64,000 nucleotides of DNA, taken from positions 68,071 to 132,070 of the forward strand of contig JAZDPX010000038.1 of NCBI GenBank assembly GCA_043797125.1, written 5' to 3'. Numbering within the stretch: the stretch's first letter is position 1; each line of letters starts with the position of its first letter. The position numbers and the translations under genes are program-made. This document shows, piece after piece, positions 16,452 through 26,866 of this stretch. A model generated the notes under the pieces. The model was not told the origin of the DNA, did not search any database, and saw only the letters and a program-made list of their open reading frames with translations. The DNA is from Candidatus Omnitrophota bacterium. GTDB taxonomy: Bacteria; Omnitrophota; Gorgyraeia; JABMRG01; JAFGKX01.

Positions 16452-19400
16452 TTAATCGCTTCTTCCATCAGCCTCTTAAATTCTTCCGTATCTTTAACCT
16501 TGTCAGCTTCTATTGCAGGCAACGGTAAAAATTGAATTCCTGCGCGCAAATCTGTTTCTATTGAACCTACGCTGATGGGTAGGTTACCAAACAGGTCGTG
16601 GACATTAAAAAGCTGGCCTTCTTCCCTGACAGTTGGTATAAAGAAACGAACCTGCTTCGCATTAGCTAACTTGGACAGGGTATTTTTCGTTGTTTCATCG
16701 ATTTTATCAGCCGGCATAGGATTTAAAAACATAAGCAATAAAGAGCGTTCTGAAACGGATTTTTCAGTTTCGTAGAAATGCGCGGCAACCATCAAATCAT
16801 ATAATTTTTGTGATGCCTCGGCGGGTTTTTCTATTTGTGAAACTCCTTCCAACCGTGTTGTAAAAAGATTGGGTATGTTCATCCTGTCTATTATATCTAT
16901 CTTTTTATCTATAATCCTTTCCTCTGTCAGGGCATCTTTAAAATCCTTTGGCATTATATCTTTAGGCAAGGCGCTGTCAACAGCAACAACAAACCTGAAC
17001 AAAGACGTTTGCGAATTCTCAAGCTTTAAGCCCTTAACACTCTCGGCAAATTCCTTTAACCCGGGATTTAACAAGGCGTATGTATCAGGCATTGTTATAA
17101 CTATCTGATTTTTGAAATCAAAACGCATATCCTTCAGAGCCCGCATTATGTCAATAGGCGTTTCCGGCTTAAGCTTTGCTGAAATATTCATAGCTTGCGA
17201 TAACGCCTCTTTTAGTTTGTTCTCCGAATCTTTTCCTCCCGGCAAAGGCTCATCCTCATCCGTCTTCGGGTTTCCGCTGGCGTAGTGGACATATCCTTTT
17301 TGTGGCGCTTCAGTCACTTCGCCGGTATTTATATCAAGTATCCTTAGCGGCATTTCTACGCCGTCGGAGGTTTTACCAGCAAGGATTGTAACTTTTAGTT
17401 TATCGGGGTCATAGGCGGTATGAGAAGGTATTGGTATTTTGCTTTTTACAGGGTTACCCGGATTTTTATCGAGATGATAAAGGTCAAAATGCGTGGCCAT
17501 TAGAGGGGGCTTTTCGCTGGATCTAAACACAATCAGCTGATTTTTTGGCGTCAGCCAATAACAAACATCGTTGCCGTAGGCAATGCCTAAAGATACAGGC
17601 TCTTGTCCGGGATTTCTTAAATCACATACACGCAAAGGTTTGTCAAATTTAAGCCTGTTCGCGCCATTTGTCCACACGATGAAGCTTCCGTCGTCGCTAA
17701 TCTTCAAATTGGATATGCTTCCGTTGACGCATCCGCTTTCCGAATATGTAATTCTTTTAATTACTTTATAATCCGAATCATATACGATTATCGGATGTAA
17801 TATCCCCTTTTTTGTATACAGGACTATTGTTTTATTGTTCTTGCTTACAGCTAGGTTAATATTTGCTTTAGGTATGCCTTTGAAGTCTTGTATAAATACG
17901 CATGCTGGCATTTTATCAAACATCTGTTCTTTTGCATCATTCAGCGCGTTGCCGTTGGCGTAATTGGGTTGGGTGCCAACTTCAGCATTTCCGATGAGGT
18001 CTATAATCGTAGTTTCCCCGCTTGCATCAACAGCTTGAACCTGGGTGTCGTTATTTATAAAACTAATTCCTCTCGTCGCGTCTAAGTTTTCTTTTATTGG
18101 GTTATCCGGGTCTGCAATTCTATAAACAGATGCTGTATTATCTTTGTTCAGTATAATTAAATATTTCTCATCACTACTGACTTCGCTTGATAATTTTTCT
18201 TTCTTATGTTTATCCAATATTATTTGCAACCTGCGCCCAAAACTCAATGGCAGGTTGCCTTCTCCTTTATCCGTATCCGCATTGCCGTTGGCGTAGTGGG
18301 ACTGGTTTGAGGCAGAGGTATTGTTTAATTTAGTTAGGTCTACATCTGTTCTTTGTCTGTTGTATACATAGGTTAAGGTGTTTTTAGATTCAAAAGAAAA
18401 GCATTCCGTATCATGTGTAAATATCGGTTCGGATGGGTTTGGGCTTTTCATATCATATACTCTGCATCCTATATGATTATAATCCAGATTGTAATCTATC
18501 TCATACGCTATAGCAAAATATCTTTTATTGTGCTTGTTGAAAATAATATTTTTTGATTTTCCTTGAATTTGAGCTACTTCACTCTTAAGTTCTGTATCAT
18601 ATATAACTGTTACGCCTCTGGCAACACCATCTTTTTCCGGAATAAATGCCCAGAGATATTCAGCTTCGGGGCTGAAACCAAAGCAGGTTGCGCCTTGAAA
18701 CACTTTAATAGGTTTTTCTGCATGTGTCTTGTCAGAAAGATCGAGCAAAATCACCCTTCGTTTCTTGGGATCCTTGCTGTCTAACCAAACAGCAAGATAT
18801 CTGTTATTGCTGCTTTTCTCATAACCAGAATGATGTTCAATCTTCATTTTTGAAATTGGCTTATTTGGTTGTTTTAGGTTATACAAAGATATCGTAATTG
18901 TTGTAATTCCCATAAAAACAAGGGCAATATTATTACCTTCTAACGGCATGATGTAATCGTCGCGGCCAATTGGTTTATTTAATATAAGTTCCTCTTGTGG
19001 ATTAAAAACAAATGCCTTATATCCCCAGAAGGTATGGGTAACCAAAACAACTCTGTACCCTTCTTCATTTACTATATCGTTTCCATCTTTATCTGTTAAA
19101 ATAATATCTTTTACAAATACATTATGTTCACCAAGCAGAGAGAGCATCTTTGCTGTGACATTTTTTGGGGTGACAGAAAGGCTAAGGTTCTCTTCACCAC
19201 GCGTTGTTTTTATTGTTAAGCTTCTACTATCAGGCGCAAAAGCGCAGTCTTTTATTTCATTATTCTCTCTATCGCCTTCAGGAATCTGGTATGTCGCTAT
19301 AGGCTCATTTGGTTTTTTGTCCCATAAATCATAAATCTCTGCTGAGAACTCATTATTTATAGCTAGAACAAATCTGTAATTGTTGCTTATTTCTACGCCG

Positions 19401-22400
19401 CAAGCGGTATCTATATCCTTGATTTTAATTTTTTCCGTATACAAATTTATTATATCAGTTAGCGATAGAGCATTTCCTTTAGCGTCGACGAATTCTCTGT
19501 CTGCGACTAAATGTGCGCCATCCGGCGTAACCCGATATCCCTCATTAGCGTTTATACCCGTCATTACAGGTTCTGCTGGGTCTGTAGAGTCTATATTATA
19601 CACGGTCAGCATCATGTCTTTATCTCTAACTATTAACCGGTTGCTTTTAGTCAGCAGTCCGTCTATGATGTCATCTGTTTTTATGCCGAAAGATTCTAAT
19701 TTTTTAAATACTGCATTTTCTTTATCCGTATCCGCATTGCCGTTGGTGTATTGGACTTCGCGTGACTCTGAAGAGGGAACTTCTTGGTGCTTATTTGTTA
19801 ATGTAGAAAGGTTGATTTTTTCTACCTTGCCATTGATTTCGCAGCTAAATGTGTCCTTTGACTTAAAAGCACAATTTATGGCTGATGCGGCAAATATCGG
19901 CTCATAGGGCTTGTCGCCTTTCAAATCATATACCAATTTATTAGGAGTGCCGCCATATTCTGCCCAAATATATCTCTCTTCTTTGTCGTATGGGTTATAA
20001 TGAATTATCTGTAGGTTCTTAGGAATTACTACACGGGTGTTATCGCGCAAATTATAAATAGTTGTGCTCGTTTGGGTCCATTGGGGATATGTACTTCGCA
20101 ATCCGAGATAATTTGCTTTAGGGCTGAAATAAAAATTGTTGGCTTTTTCAAAAGTTACAATTGGGTACTTTACAGAATCTCCTTCCTTGTGCAAATCAAG
20201 CACTGAAACTGTGCCGCGCTTTTCAAAGGCAATATACCTGTCGTCAAAAGTTTGCTCAAAATCATACAGGCCTGTTAGTTTGATTTTAAAAACAGACTTT
20301 TTAAGGTTCTTGAGGTTATATAACAACAGGTTGCAGTTATCCCCTATGGTCGGTGTCAGGAAAGCAATATTATTGCCTTCAGCAGGCAAAAGGCAGGTAT
20401 TTTTATATACCTTCTTGCGCATAATGAGGTTGTCTTGCGGATCAAAGACGTATGCCCAGCTCGAATTGGAAAACGCTACTTTGTAACCCGCATTGTTCGT
20501 TTTGATTTTCCTGCTTAAATCAATTATAGGAAAATCCTCTGCCCTAAGAGAATATTCCTTAAGCTGTAATAGCATTTTAACTGTTAAGTATTTTGGGCAC
20601 ACAGGCAAAGCAAGAGTATCCTTCCTTTTGCCTATCTTTATAGAAAATTCTCTGCTGTCATTACTGAAGCCAAAATCGCTTACTATTGGGTCGGCTTTAC
20701 TGTTTAGGCTTAACTGGAGATTGTAAACCTTTATCGGCTTGTCAGGCGTATCGCTAAGCAAATCATATAGCTCAACGCACCAGGGGCTTGGTTTAGCTGC
20801 GAAAAACTGGCTATTCTTGCTAATTTTTTCGCCGCAAGCTGTGCTTATGCCTTCAATTACTTTTTCGCCTGTTAATACATTCACTATAGTAACTATATTA
20901 TTAAAAGCTACATAGGGCGGATCAGCTTCAGCGACAACATGCAAAGAATCCGGGGTAAGCCAAAATTTGCTGTTGGCATTTATATTTATTGCAATCGGCT
21001 TATTGGGTTTTTTAGCTTTTAAATTATAGATAGAAATCTGTCCGTTCCCACCCCTCACTACGAGCCTGTCTGAGTTGGTCAATTTCCAGTCCTCTGCTTT
21101 AATGTTCTCAAAAGTTAGCTCATCTAACTCAAGCGAGGCATTAAGATCGAATATTTTTAGCTTAGATGCGGCGTCAGGGTCAAGCGTATTCTTTTCTTGC
21201 CAGGCGGCGTAATTATTTGTAATCTGCAGGCTGTCTTTCAAGTACCCATACGATCTATGAAGCATAGGATAACTATTGTGTAAATAGGGCCCTAAAATAT
21301 ATAAAGTGAAAGATCTGTTTTTCTGCTTTGTAATTATTATGGCTTGTTTTTTATCATTAAGGAATATAGTCTTTATAATCTCTTTTTTCTCTATGCCTTT
21401 TGCCGCTAAATCGAGTTTCTTAAATGTATTTTCATCCGTAGGCGCATTGTCGTTGGCGTAAGGGCTTTTGCGAATATTGATAGTTTTGTTAGTTTCTGTT
21501 ATCTCAAAAAACTCCGCGTTTATCAACAATATTATTTCTTTTACCTGTTTCTGAAGCTCTTTATTTCCTATAAGATTTGGCACGCACTGGCCTATTAATG
21601 TAAGCCTGTGCTCCTGATCGGAAAAACTATCTTTATCGTTTATATGATTAAAGAACTCTTCTATAACGAGCTCTGCCTTTTTATTGTCCTGCCTCAAAAC
21701 CTCTCTTGTGCTGGCATAAAGCAGGTTATACCATAACAATATGGCGGAGTTAATTAAAGAGTAGCGCGCGCCTGTCTGGCCTACCTGCGCGTGGTCAGAA
21801 ACGGTAATCTGATATTTTATTTTAAATTCTGCGCCATCTTGCGCCTTCAGAGCCAAGTGCCCGCCTTTTTTCCCTTGCCAATTCAGCTCATGCATAGCCA
21901 TAAAATACGCCAGGCCGCGGGCAACGCTTAAGTTTCTTGTCGTGCCATCGCCGAATTTCACCGTAAGCACGACGTCGTTTTTCAATATGTCGCTGTAATT
22001 ATTTACAAAATCCTTATGCACGCGAAAGGCAAACTTTTCTGTATCGTTTTTTTCGTTGTATTCATCCTTGCCTTGCGGCAGCAGCAGGACGGCAATGTTT
22101 ATCCTGTCCTCTGCGCCTATGTATTTATCGCTTCCTATCTCTACAACTATGTCCTTATCTTTAATAAAGCCGGATTTTCCCAAAGCCCTGTTTATAATGC
22201 TTTCCAGTGAACCGTCATCTAAAGGAATGCCTTTAACAATATTTACTTCTGCGCCGGGAGGCGCAAGAGTGAAATCCTCGATTAATGCTTTGCTTGCGGC
22301 TGTTTGCGACAAGCTTTGCGCTCTTAGCGCTGACGCGCTCGCAAAGTCGTGCGCCAAGGCAATAGAACTATTTGTCGCTAAAAACAAAATAGCAGTGCAT

Positions 22401-22447
22401 AAAGACACTGCTTTCACAAAAATGGTTTTTGCTGTTTTCATCTCCAA
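16442..22447 (-). CDS. giant secreted multi-module beta-propeller repeat protein (2001 aa)
   Basis: Signal peptide plus SALRAQSL. Many (V/I)Y(N/D)L...P..(K/E)PI blade-like repeats and PD40-like FAPDSRSL/FSPEAEYL. Five Y-x-N-G-N-A-x-T-D motifs. Unique ~280-aa C-terminal domain. 10-nt overlap with the downstream 832-aa gene. Confidence 0.7.
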   Translation of the reverse strand: MEMKTAKTIFVKAVSLCTAILFLATNSSIALAHDFASASALRAQSLSQTAASKALIEDFTLAPPGAEVNIVKGIPLDDGSLESIINRALGKSGFIKDKDIVVEIGSDKYIGAEDRINIAVLLLPQGKDEYNEKNDTEKFAFRVHKDFVNNYSDILKNDVVLTVKFGDGTTRNLSVARGLAYFMAMHELNWQGKKGGHLALKAQDGAEFKIKYQITVSDHAQVGQTGARYSLINSAILLWYNLLYASTREVLRQDNKKAELVIEEFFNHINDKDSFSDQEHRLTLIGQCVPNLIGNKELQKQVKEIILLINAEFFEITETNKTINIRKSPYANDNAPTDENTFKKLDLAAKGIEKKEIIKTIFLNDKKQAIIITKQKNRSFTLYILGPYLHNSYPMLHRSYGYLKDSLQITNNYAAWQEKNTLDPDAASKLKIFDLNASLELDELTFENIKAEDWKLTNSDRLVVRGGNGQISIYNLKAKKPNKPIAININANSKFWLTPDSLHVVAEADPPYVAFNNIVTIVNVLTGEKVIEGISTACGEKISKNSQFFAAKPSPWCVELYDLLSDTPDKPIKVYNLQLSLNSKADPIVSDFGFSNDSREFSIKIGKRKDTLALPVCPKYLTVKMLLQLKEYSLRAEDFPIIDLSRKIKTNNAGYKVAFSNSSWAYVFDPQDNLIMRKKVYKNTCLLPAEGNNIAFLTPTIGDNCNLLLYNLKNLKKSVFKIKLTGLYDFEQTFDDRYIAFEKRGTVSVLDLHKEGDSVKYPIVTFEKANNFYFSPKANYLGLRSTYPQWTQTSTTIYNLRDNTRVVIPKNLQIIHYNPYDKEERYIWAEYGGTPNKLVYDLKGDKPYEPIFAASAINCAFKSKDTFSCEINGKVEKINLSTLTNKHQEVPSSESREVQYTNGNADTDKENAVFKKLESFGIKTDDIIDGLLTKSNRLIVRDKDMMLTVYNIDSTDPAEPVMTGINANEGYRVTPDGAHLVADREFVDAKGNALSLTDIINLYTEKIKIKDIDTACGVEISNNYRFVLAINNEFSAEIYDLWDKKPNEPIATYQIPEGDRENNEIKDCAFAPDSRSLTIKTTRGEENLSLSVTPKNVTAKMLSLLGEHNVFVKDIILTDKDGNDIVNEEGYRVVLVTHTFWGYKAFVFNPQEELILNKPIGRDDYIMPLEGNNIALVFMGITTITISLYNLKQPNKPISKMKIEHHSGYEKSSNNRYLAVWLDSKDPKKRRVILLDLSDKTHAEKPIKVFQGATCFGFSPEAEYLWAFIPEKDGVARGVTVIYDTELKSEVAQIQGKSKNIIFNKHNKRYFAIAYEIDYNLDYNHIGCRVYDMKSPNPSEPIFTHDTECFSFESKNTLTYVYNRQRTDVDLTKLNNTSASNQSHYANGNADTDKGEGNLPLSFGRRLQIILDKHKKEKLSSEVSSDEKYLIILNKDNTASVYRIADPDNPIKENLDATRGISFINNDTQVQAVDASGETTIIDLIGNAEVGTQPNYANGNALNDAKEQMFDKMPACVFIQDFKGIPKANINLAVSKNNKTIVLYTKKGILHPIIVYDSDYKVIKRITYSESGCVNGSISNLKISDDGSFIVWTNGANRLKFDKPLRVCDLRNPGQEPVSLGIAYGNDVCYWLTPKNQLIVFRSSEKPPLMATHFDLYHLDKNPGNPVKSKIPIPSHTAYDPDKLKVTILAGKTSDGVEMPLRILDINTGEVTEAPQKGYVHYASGNPKTDEDEPLPGGKDSENKLKEALSQAMNISAKLKPETPIDIMRALKDMRFDFKNQIVITMPDTYALLNPGLKEFAESVKGLKLENSQTSLFRFVVAVDSALPKDIMPKDFKDALTEERIIDKKIDIIDRMNIPNLFTTRLEGVSQIEKPAEASQKLYDLMVAAHFYETEKSVSERSLLLMFLNPMPADKIDETTKNTLSKLANAKQVRFFIPTVREEGQLFNVHDLFGNLPISVGSIETDLRAGIQFLPLPAIEADKVKDTEEFKRLMEEAIKWA

Positions 22448-22552
22448 TTCCCCTATTTAGACTTTTTTAAGATGTTTTTTGTATATTTAAAAAGGTATGA
22501 ATATTATAGCAAAAAAAATGCTTAAGTCAACGGTTTTTTTGAAAAAAGCAGT

Positions 22553-22639
22553 GTCATTCCCATCCCAGCGAAATAGGAATTTTGTCATCCCCGCGAAAGC
22601 GGGGATCCATTTTTTGGATTCCCACTTTCGTGGGAATGA
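22553..22639. repeat. nested hairpin cluster (ATTCCC-N8-GGGAAT type stems) in 5' region of giant gene
   Basis: TGTCATTCCC...GGGAATGACA outer inverted repeat. It encloses perfect hairpins TCCCCGCGAAAGCGGGGA and ATTCCCACTTTCGTGGGAAT. Confidence 0.5.
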
Positions 22640-22648
22640 CAGCTAAAA

Positions 22649-22808
22649 GCAAAGGCCTGTGGCAATTCGAGCAGGGCTTGCGAGGCCGAAGCGGGCATGG
22701 TTCGCCTTTGCTTCTATGTAGGCGAGAGCGAAGGCCGAGGTCAGAGCGAAAAAATCCTCGCAGGGGATTTTTTTGCGTCCCTGCGAGGATTGCCACAGGC
22801 CTTTGCTA
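22649..22808. repeat. 160-bp segment bounded by perfect 18-bp terminal inverted repeats (GCAAAGGCCTGTGGCAAT / ATTGCCACAGGCCTTTGC); MITE-like
   Basis: TIRs at 22649-22666 and 22791-22808. The interior contains the hppA terminator hairpin. Confidence 0.4.
22745..22790 (-). terminator. rho-independent terminator downstream of hppA
   Basis: ATCCTCGCAGGG / CCCTGCGAGGAT 12-bp stem followed on the minus strand by TTTTTTCGC. Confidence 0.55.
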
Positions 22809-22821
22809 ATTAGAATCGTAC

Positions 22822-24918
22822 TTACTTCACGAACGTGTAAGCCACCGTAAATGCCGCGAATGCCACCGAAACCATGGACATAAGCTTCAACAATATATTT
22901 AATGACGGGCCTGACGTATCTTTAAATGGGTCGCCTACAGTGTCACCGACAACAAGCGCTTTGTGCGACGGGCTGCCCTTTCCGCCTAATTCGCCGCCTT
23001 CAACATATTTTTTCGCGTTGTCCCAGCTTCCCCCGGCGTTTGCCATCATAATCGCGAGCACAAAACCGCTGACAAGCGAACCTGTTAAAAGCCCTACAAC
23101 AGCGTCAACACCTAAGAAAATTCCTGTTGCCAAAGGCGCAAGCACAGCAAGCAATGCCGGTAAAATCATTTCTTTCTGCGCCGCTGCCGTAACAATTGTC
23201 ACACACCTTTCGTAATCGGCTTGAGCCTTTCCTTCTAAAAGCCCTTTTATCTCTTTAAATTGCCTTCTTACCTCGATAACAATTTTTGTAGCTGCTTTTC
23301 CGACAGACTTTAGCGTCATGGAGCAGAATACAAAAGGAATTACTCCGCCGAGAAAAAGACCTATTAATAAAAGCGGATTAAGCAAACTCAAATTCGTTTC
23401 TTTGCCAAGCTGGCCTATGCTCTGGTTATAAGCGGCTATTAACGCAAGTGTTGTAAGCGCCGCTGAACCTATCGCGAAGCCTTTGCCTGTCGCTGCCGTT
23501 GTATTGCCAAGAGAATCTAAGGCATCTGTCCTTTTTCTTACTTCAGGCTCTAATTTTGCCATTTCAGCGTTGCCTCCGGCGTTATCAGCAACAGGGCCGT
23601 AGGCATCTGTCGCAAGAGTGATTCCAAGAGTAGAAAGCATGCCTACAGCTGAAATTCCGACGCCAAAAAGCCCTGCATTGTAATTTGCCGCTCCGCCCGC
23701 AATAAAAAACGCTCCGAATATAGCGGCGCACACAGCAACGACAGGTATTGCGGTTGAAAACATACCTGCCGCAAGGCCCGCAATTATTACCGTGGCAGGC
23801 CCTGTTACAGATGCTTCTGAAACTGCTCTTGTCGGGGCATAGTTTGATGATGTGTAATATTCCGACGCGAATGATATAATAAGTCCGCTTACCAGGCCGA
23901 ATGTTATTGCCCAGAATATCCCTATATTTTCCATTCCAAGCATCTTCCAAACAGCGAAAAAGCAGCCGATAACCACTAAAATCGATGCGGTTATTACGCC
24001 GCGCCTTAATGCCTTAAGAAGCTGGGCTTGAGTTGCCTCTTCTTTTACTTTTACAAAAAATGTCCCGATTACAGAACAAATGGTTCCTATAGCAGCGATA
24101 ACAAGCGGCAGCAAAATACCTTTTATGCCAAAGCCTGCCATTGCGCCAAGCGCAATGGCAGCTACTATTGAGCCGAGATACGATTCAAAAAGATCAGCCC
24201 CCATTCCCGCGACATCCCCGACATTGTCGCCGACATTATCAGCTATGACAGCCGGGTTTCTCGGGTCATCCTCCGGTATGTTGCTCTCTACTTTGCCGAC
24301 TAAGTCTGCGCCGACATCAGCTGCTTTTGTAAATATGCCTCCGCCAACTCTTGCGAAAAGCGCCATGGAACTTGCGCCCATGCCGAATAAAAGCATGTTG
24401 CTCGCTATTATAAGCGGCTCATCATAACCGGCCGGTATCGGGTTAACAGAATAATACCATTTAAGCAGAATATATCCGCAGGTTAAAAATAAAAGCCCTA
24501 CTCCGACCACGGTCAAACCCATAACAGCTCCCGATGAAAACGCTATTTGCAACCCGCCGTTTAAGTTCTTGCGGCACGCGTTTGCCGTGCGCGCGCTCGA
24601 TGCTGTGGCCATCTTCATTCCGATATAACCTGTCAGCGCTGAAAAAAATCCGCCGATTACAAAAGCAAAAGGCACAAATATCGGGAGCAGATTTTTAAAA
24701 GAAAGCGATAAAAATACAATAAAACCGATTACAAAAAATATACTGACTATTAAATACTGCCTCTTAAGAAACGCGTTGGCGCCTTTTCTTACGGCCGCCG
24801 CTATCTCCTTCATTCTTTCCGTGCCCTCATCCTTGCGAAGCACGTTAACAGCTAAATATACGGAAAATAAAAGCGTAAAAATCGAAACAGCGATCAAAAT
24901 ATACGGAATGCTAACCAT
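22822..24918 (-). CDS. hppA: membrane-bound proton/sodium-translocating pyrophosphatase
   Basis: 698 aa, multi-[21 protein letters not shown] and DNVGDNVGD signature motifs. Confidence 0.9.
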   Translation of the reverse strand: MVSIPYILIAVSIFTLLFSVYLAVNVLRKDEGTERMKEIAAAVRKGANAFLKRQYLIVSIFFVIGFIVFLSLSFKNLLPIFVPFAFVIGGFFSALTGYIGMKMATASSARTANACRKNLNGGLQIAFSSGAVMGLTVVGVGLLFLTCGYILLKWYYSVNPIPAGYDEPLIIASNMLLFGMGASSMALFARVGGGIFTKAADVGADLVGKVESNIPEDDPRNPAVIADNVGDNVGDVAGMGADLFESYLGSIVAAIALGAMAGFGIKGILLPLVIAAIGTICSVIGTFFVKVKEEATQAQLLKALRRGVITASILVVIGCFFAVWKMLGMENIGIFWAITFGLVSGLIISFASEYYTSSNYAPTRAVSEASVTGPATVIIAGLAAGMFSTAIPVVAVCAAIFGAFFIAGGAANYNAGLFGVGISAVGMLSTLGITLATDAYGPVADNAGGNAEMAKLEPEVRKRTDALDSLGNTTAATGKGFAIGSAALTTLALIAAYNQSIGQLGKETNLSLLNPLLLIGLFLGGVIPFVFCSMTLKSVGKAATKIVIEVRRQFKEIKGLLEGKAQADYERCVTIVTAAAQKEMILPALLAVLAPLATGIFLGVDAVVGLLTGSLVSGFVLAIMMANAGGSWDNAKKYVEGGELGGKGSPSHKALVVGDTVGDPFKDTSGPSLNILLKLMSMVSVAFAAFTVAYTFVK

Positions 24919-24954
24919 TTAGCTGCTCCTTTCATAAAAATAAATTTATTTATT

Positions 24955-26049
24955 TTATATCAATGATAACAATTTGTCAATCTCTATGTGTTTGCGCGCG
25001 AGGCGCAGGATTATATCTATCTTATCCTTGTCCTGCGGCCGTATCTTGACGATCATGCTGTCTATTCTTTTCACGGCCTCATAGGTGCTTTGCTCAACAA
25101 CTATCGCGGGTATCTGGTTGCGCTCAAGCGCCTTTCTAAGCGAATATCCTGGGGAAATCCCGCAGGTAAACACAAAGCCGCACAATAAATCGGTTACTTT
25201 TGCGCGGCGCCTTGATTCGTTAAGCAAATATTTTATAAGCTCGTCCCTGTCGCCTGAAACAACCACAAGAAGTTTTTCATTAAAGCTTCGCAGCGTAACC
25301 TGGGGCCTTGCCGTGGCAACCACAATGTGGTTGATTATTTTATTTATGTTTGTTTTACTTCCGCTTATAAACTTTGCTTTAAATTCATCCTGCATATGCG
25401 CCATGGTAGGCATATCCAGTATCCTGAGATACGGCATAACGCCAAGCACATCGAGCGAGTGCTGTTTTAGGCTTTCCCGCACGAGTTCGTTCACCTTTTC
25501 GTATTTATCAGCCTTTACCTTGTTTATTATTACGCCGGCAATTTCAACGCCCTTTGATTTAAAAAGCGGAACCGAAAGCATAATCTCGTCAATAGGCCTG
25601 CCGATACCGCCTTCCGAAATTATAACCACTTTGGCGCCGAGCATGCTGGCTACATCGGCGTTGCACATATCAAACACAGAGCCTACCCCCGCGTGGCCTG
25701 TGCCTTCAATTACAACCATATCATTATCCTGAGCTATTTTTTCAAACGAATCCATAATCTGTTTTTGCAAAGGCCTTCTATCGGGATTTTTAATATATTT
25801 GCGCGTAAAATCTTTTTCTATCGCTATTGGGCTCATGTCCTTTAAACTTGCCTTTATGCCGAAAATTTCCTCTATAAGATAGGAATCTTCGTCGATATTA
25901 TAGCCCTGCTCTACTAAATAACGCTGGCCTATGGGTTTTATAAAACCTATTTTTTCAAAACGTTCTTTGAAAGCTGCCATAAGGCCCAGGGAAACTGTGG
26001 TCTTTCCGTCGTTTTGCCTTGTTGCAGCTATAAATACTTTTTTAGCCAT
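24955..26049 (-). CDS. stand-alone phosphotransacetylase N-terminal-like protein (BioD-like P-loop + DRTGG domain)
   Basis: NDGKTTVSLGLMAAF...IGFIKPIGQ resembles E. coli Pta N-terminus (TSVGLTSVSLG...FKPIAQ). MVVIEGTGHAG, GVIINKV, DRTGG-like LLVVVSGDRDELI. No catalytic Pta domain. Confidence 0.6.
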   Translation of the reverse strand: MAKKVFIAATRQNDGKTTVSLGLMAAFKERFEKIGFIKPIGQRYLVEQGYNIDEDSYLIEEIFGIKASLKDMSPIAIEKDFTRKYIKNPDRRPLQKQIMDSFEKIAQDNDMVVIEGTGHAGVGSVFDMCNADVASMLGAKVVIISEGGIGRPIDEIMLSVPLFKSKGVEIAGVIINKVKADKYEKVNELVRESLKQHSLDVLGVMPYLRILDMPTMAHMQDEFKAKFISGSKTNINKIINHIVVATARPQVTLRSFNEKLLVVVSGDRDELIKYLLNESRRRAKVTDLLCGFVFTCGISPGYSLRKALERNQIPAIVVEQSTYEAVKRIDSMIVKIRPQDKDKIDIILRLARKHIEIDKLLSLI

Positions 26050-26866
26050 TGAGTTTTCCCGCTCTAAAAGCCTTGATATAGTTCATGCAATAAGAATCTT
26101 CGCCGAGAAGGGCCTTTTGCGCTATTTTGAAAATTTCATCGGCAAGCGCGTGCTTTTTTATCACTTTATTAGTGAGTTCCTCTGTAGGATCTATTATCGC
26201 CGCGTCTATGCCCGCTTCTATCGCCAAAGATAAAAACGCCGCGTTTAATACACGCCTCTGGGGCAGGCCGTATGAGACATTGCTCAAGCCCCCTATTGTC
26301 TTTATGCCGTCTTTTTTAAGCGCCCTGACTGTTTTTAAAAATTCATTGGCCTGGTCAGGCTCGCTGCTAATCGGTTTTACCAAAGGGTCTATGTATATAT
26401 TATCAGGGGTTATCCCGGCATTTTTTAATGAATCTACCAGGCGCCTGGCAATTCTAAGGCGCTCTGAAGAATTATGCGGCATGCCTTTATCATCCATTGT
26501 GAGCGCGACAACAAAACAATCAATATTTTTTAATATCGAAGAGATATGTTTAAACTTATCGCTCTCAGCTGTTATTGAATTAATAAAGGGTTTACCCTTG
26601 TGAACCTTCAGCGCCCGGGAAATGACCTGCGCGTCAGGGCTGTCTATGCTTATCGGCATGCCAAGTTTTGACTGCAAAAGCTCCATTAACCAGATCAGGT
26701 CTTCGGATTCTTTTTCTAACCTTACCGCGCAATTTATATCTATAAAATCTGCTCCGGACTTAATCTGAGATGAAGCTTCATTGATTAAAAAGGATGAGTC
26801 TCTAGTAGATATGGCTTGCGCGATGGGCTTTCTTGAGCTGTTTATTCTTTCCCCGATTATGAGCAT
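26042..26866 (-). CDS. acsE: 5-methyltetrahydrofolate:corrinoid/iron-sulfur protein methyltransferase (AcsE/MtrH pterin-binding family)
   Basis: MLIIGERIN N-terminus, YIDPL, GLSNVSYG, DAAIID. Closely resembles the Moorella AcsE sequence as I recall it. Confidence 0.75.
   Translation of the reverse strand: MLIIGERINSSRKPIAQAISTRDSSFLINEASSQIKSGADFIDINCAVRLEKESEDLIWLMELLQSKLGMPISIDSPDAQVISRALKVHKGKPFINSITAESDKFKHISSILKNIDCFVVALTMDDKGMPHNSSERLRIARRLVDSLKNAGITPDNIYIDPLVKPISSEPDQANEFLKTVRALKKDGIKTIGGLSNVSYGLPQRRVLNAAFLSLAIEAGIDAAIIDPTEELTNKVIKKHALADEIFKIAQKALLGEDSYCMNYIKAFRAGKLNG

Noticed and set aside
22554-22809. Overlapping 75-80-aa ORFs on both strands in the hppA-giant gene intergenic region
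   Set aside because: They are translations of the hairpin/inverted-repeat cluster. Mirror-image ORFs on both strands are the signature of palindromic DNA, not genes.
23585-23950. Cys-rich 121-aa minus ORF
   Set aside because: Alternative frame inside hppA. Cys-richness comes from GC-rich codons of the pyrophosphatase gene.
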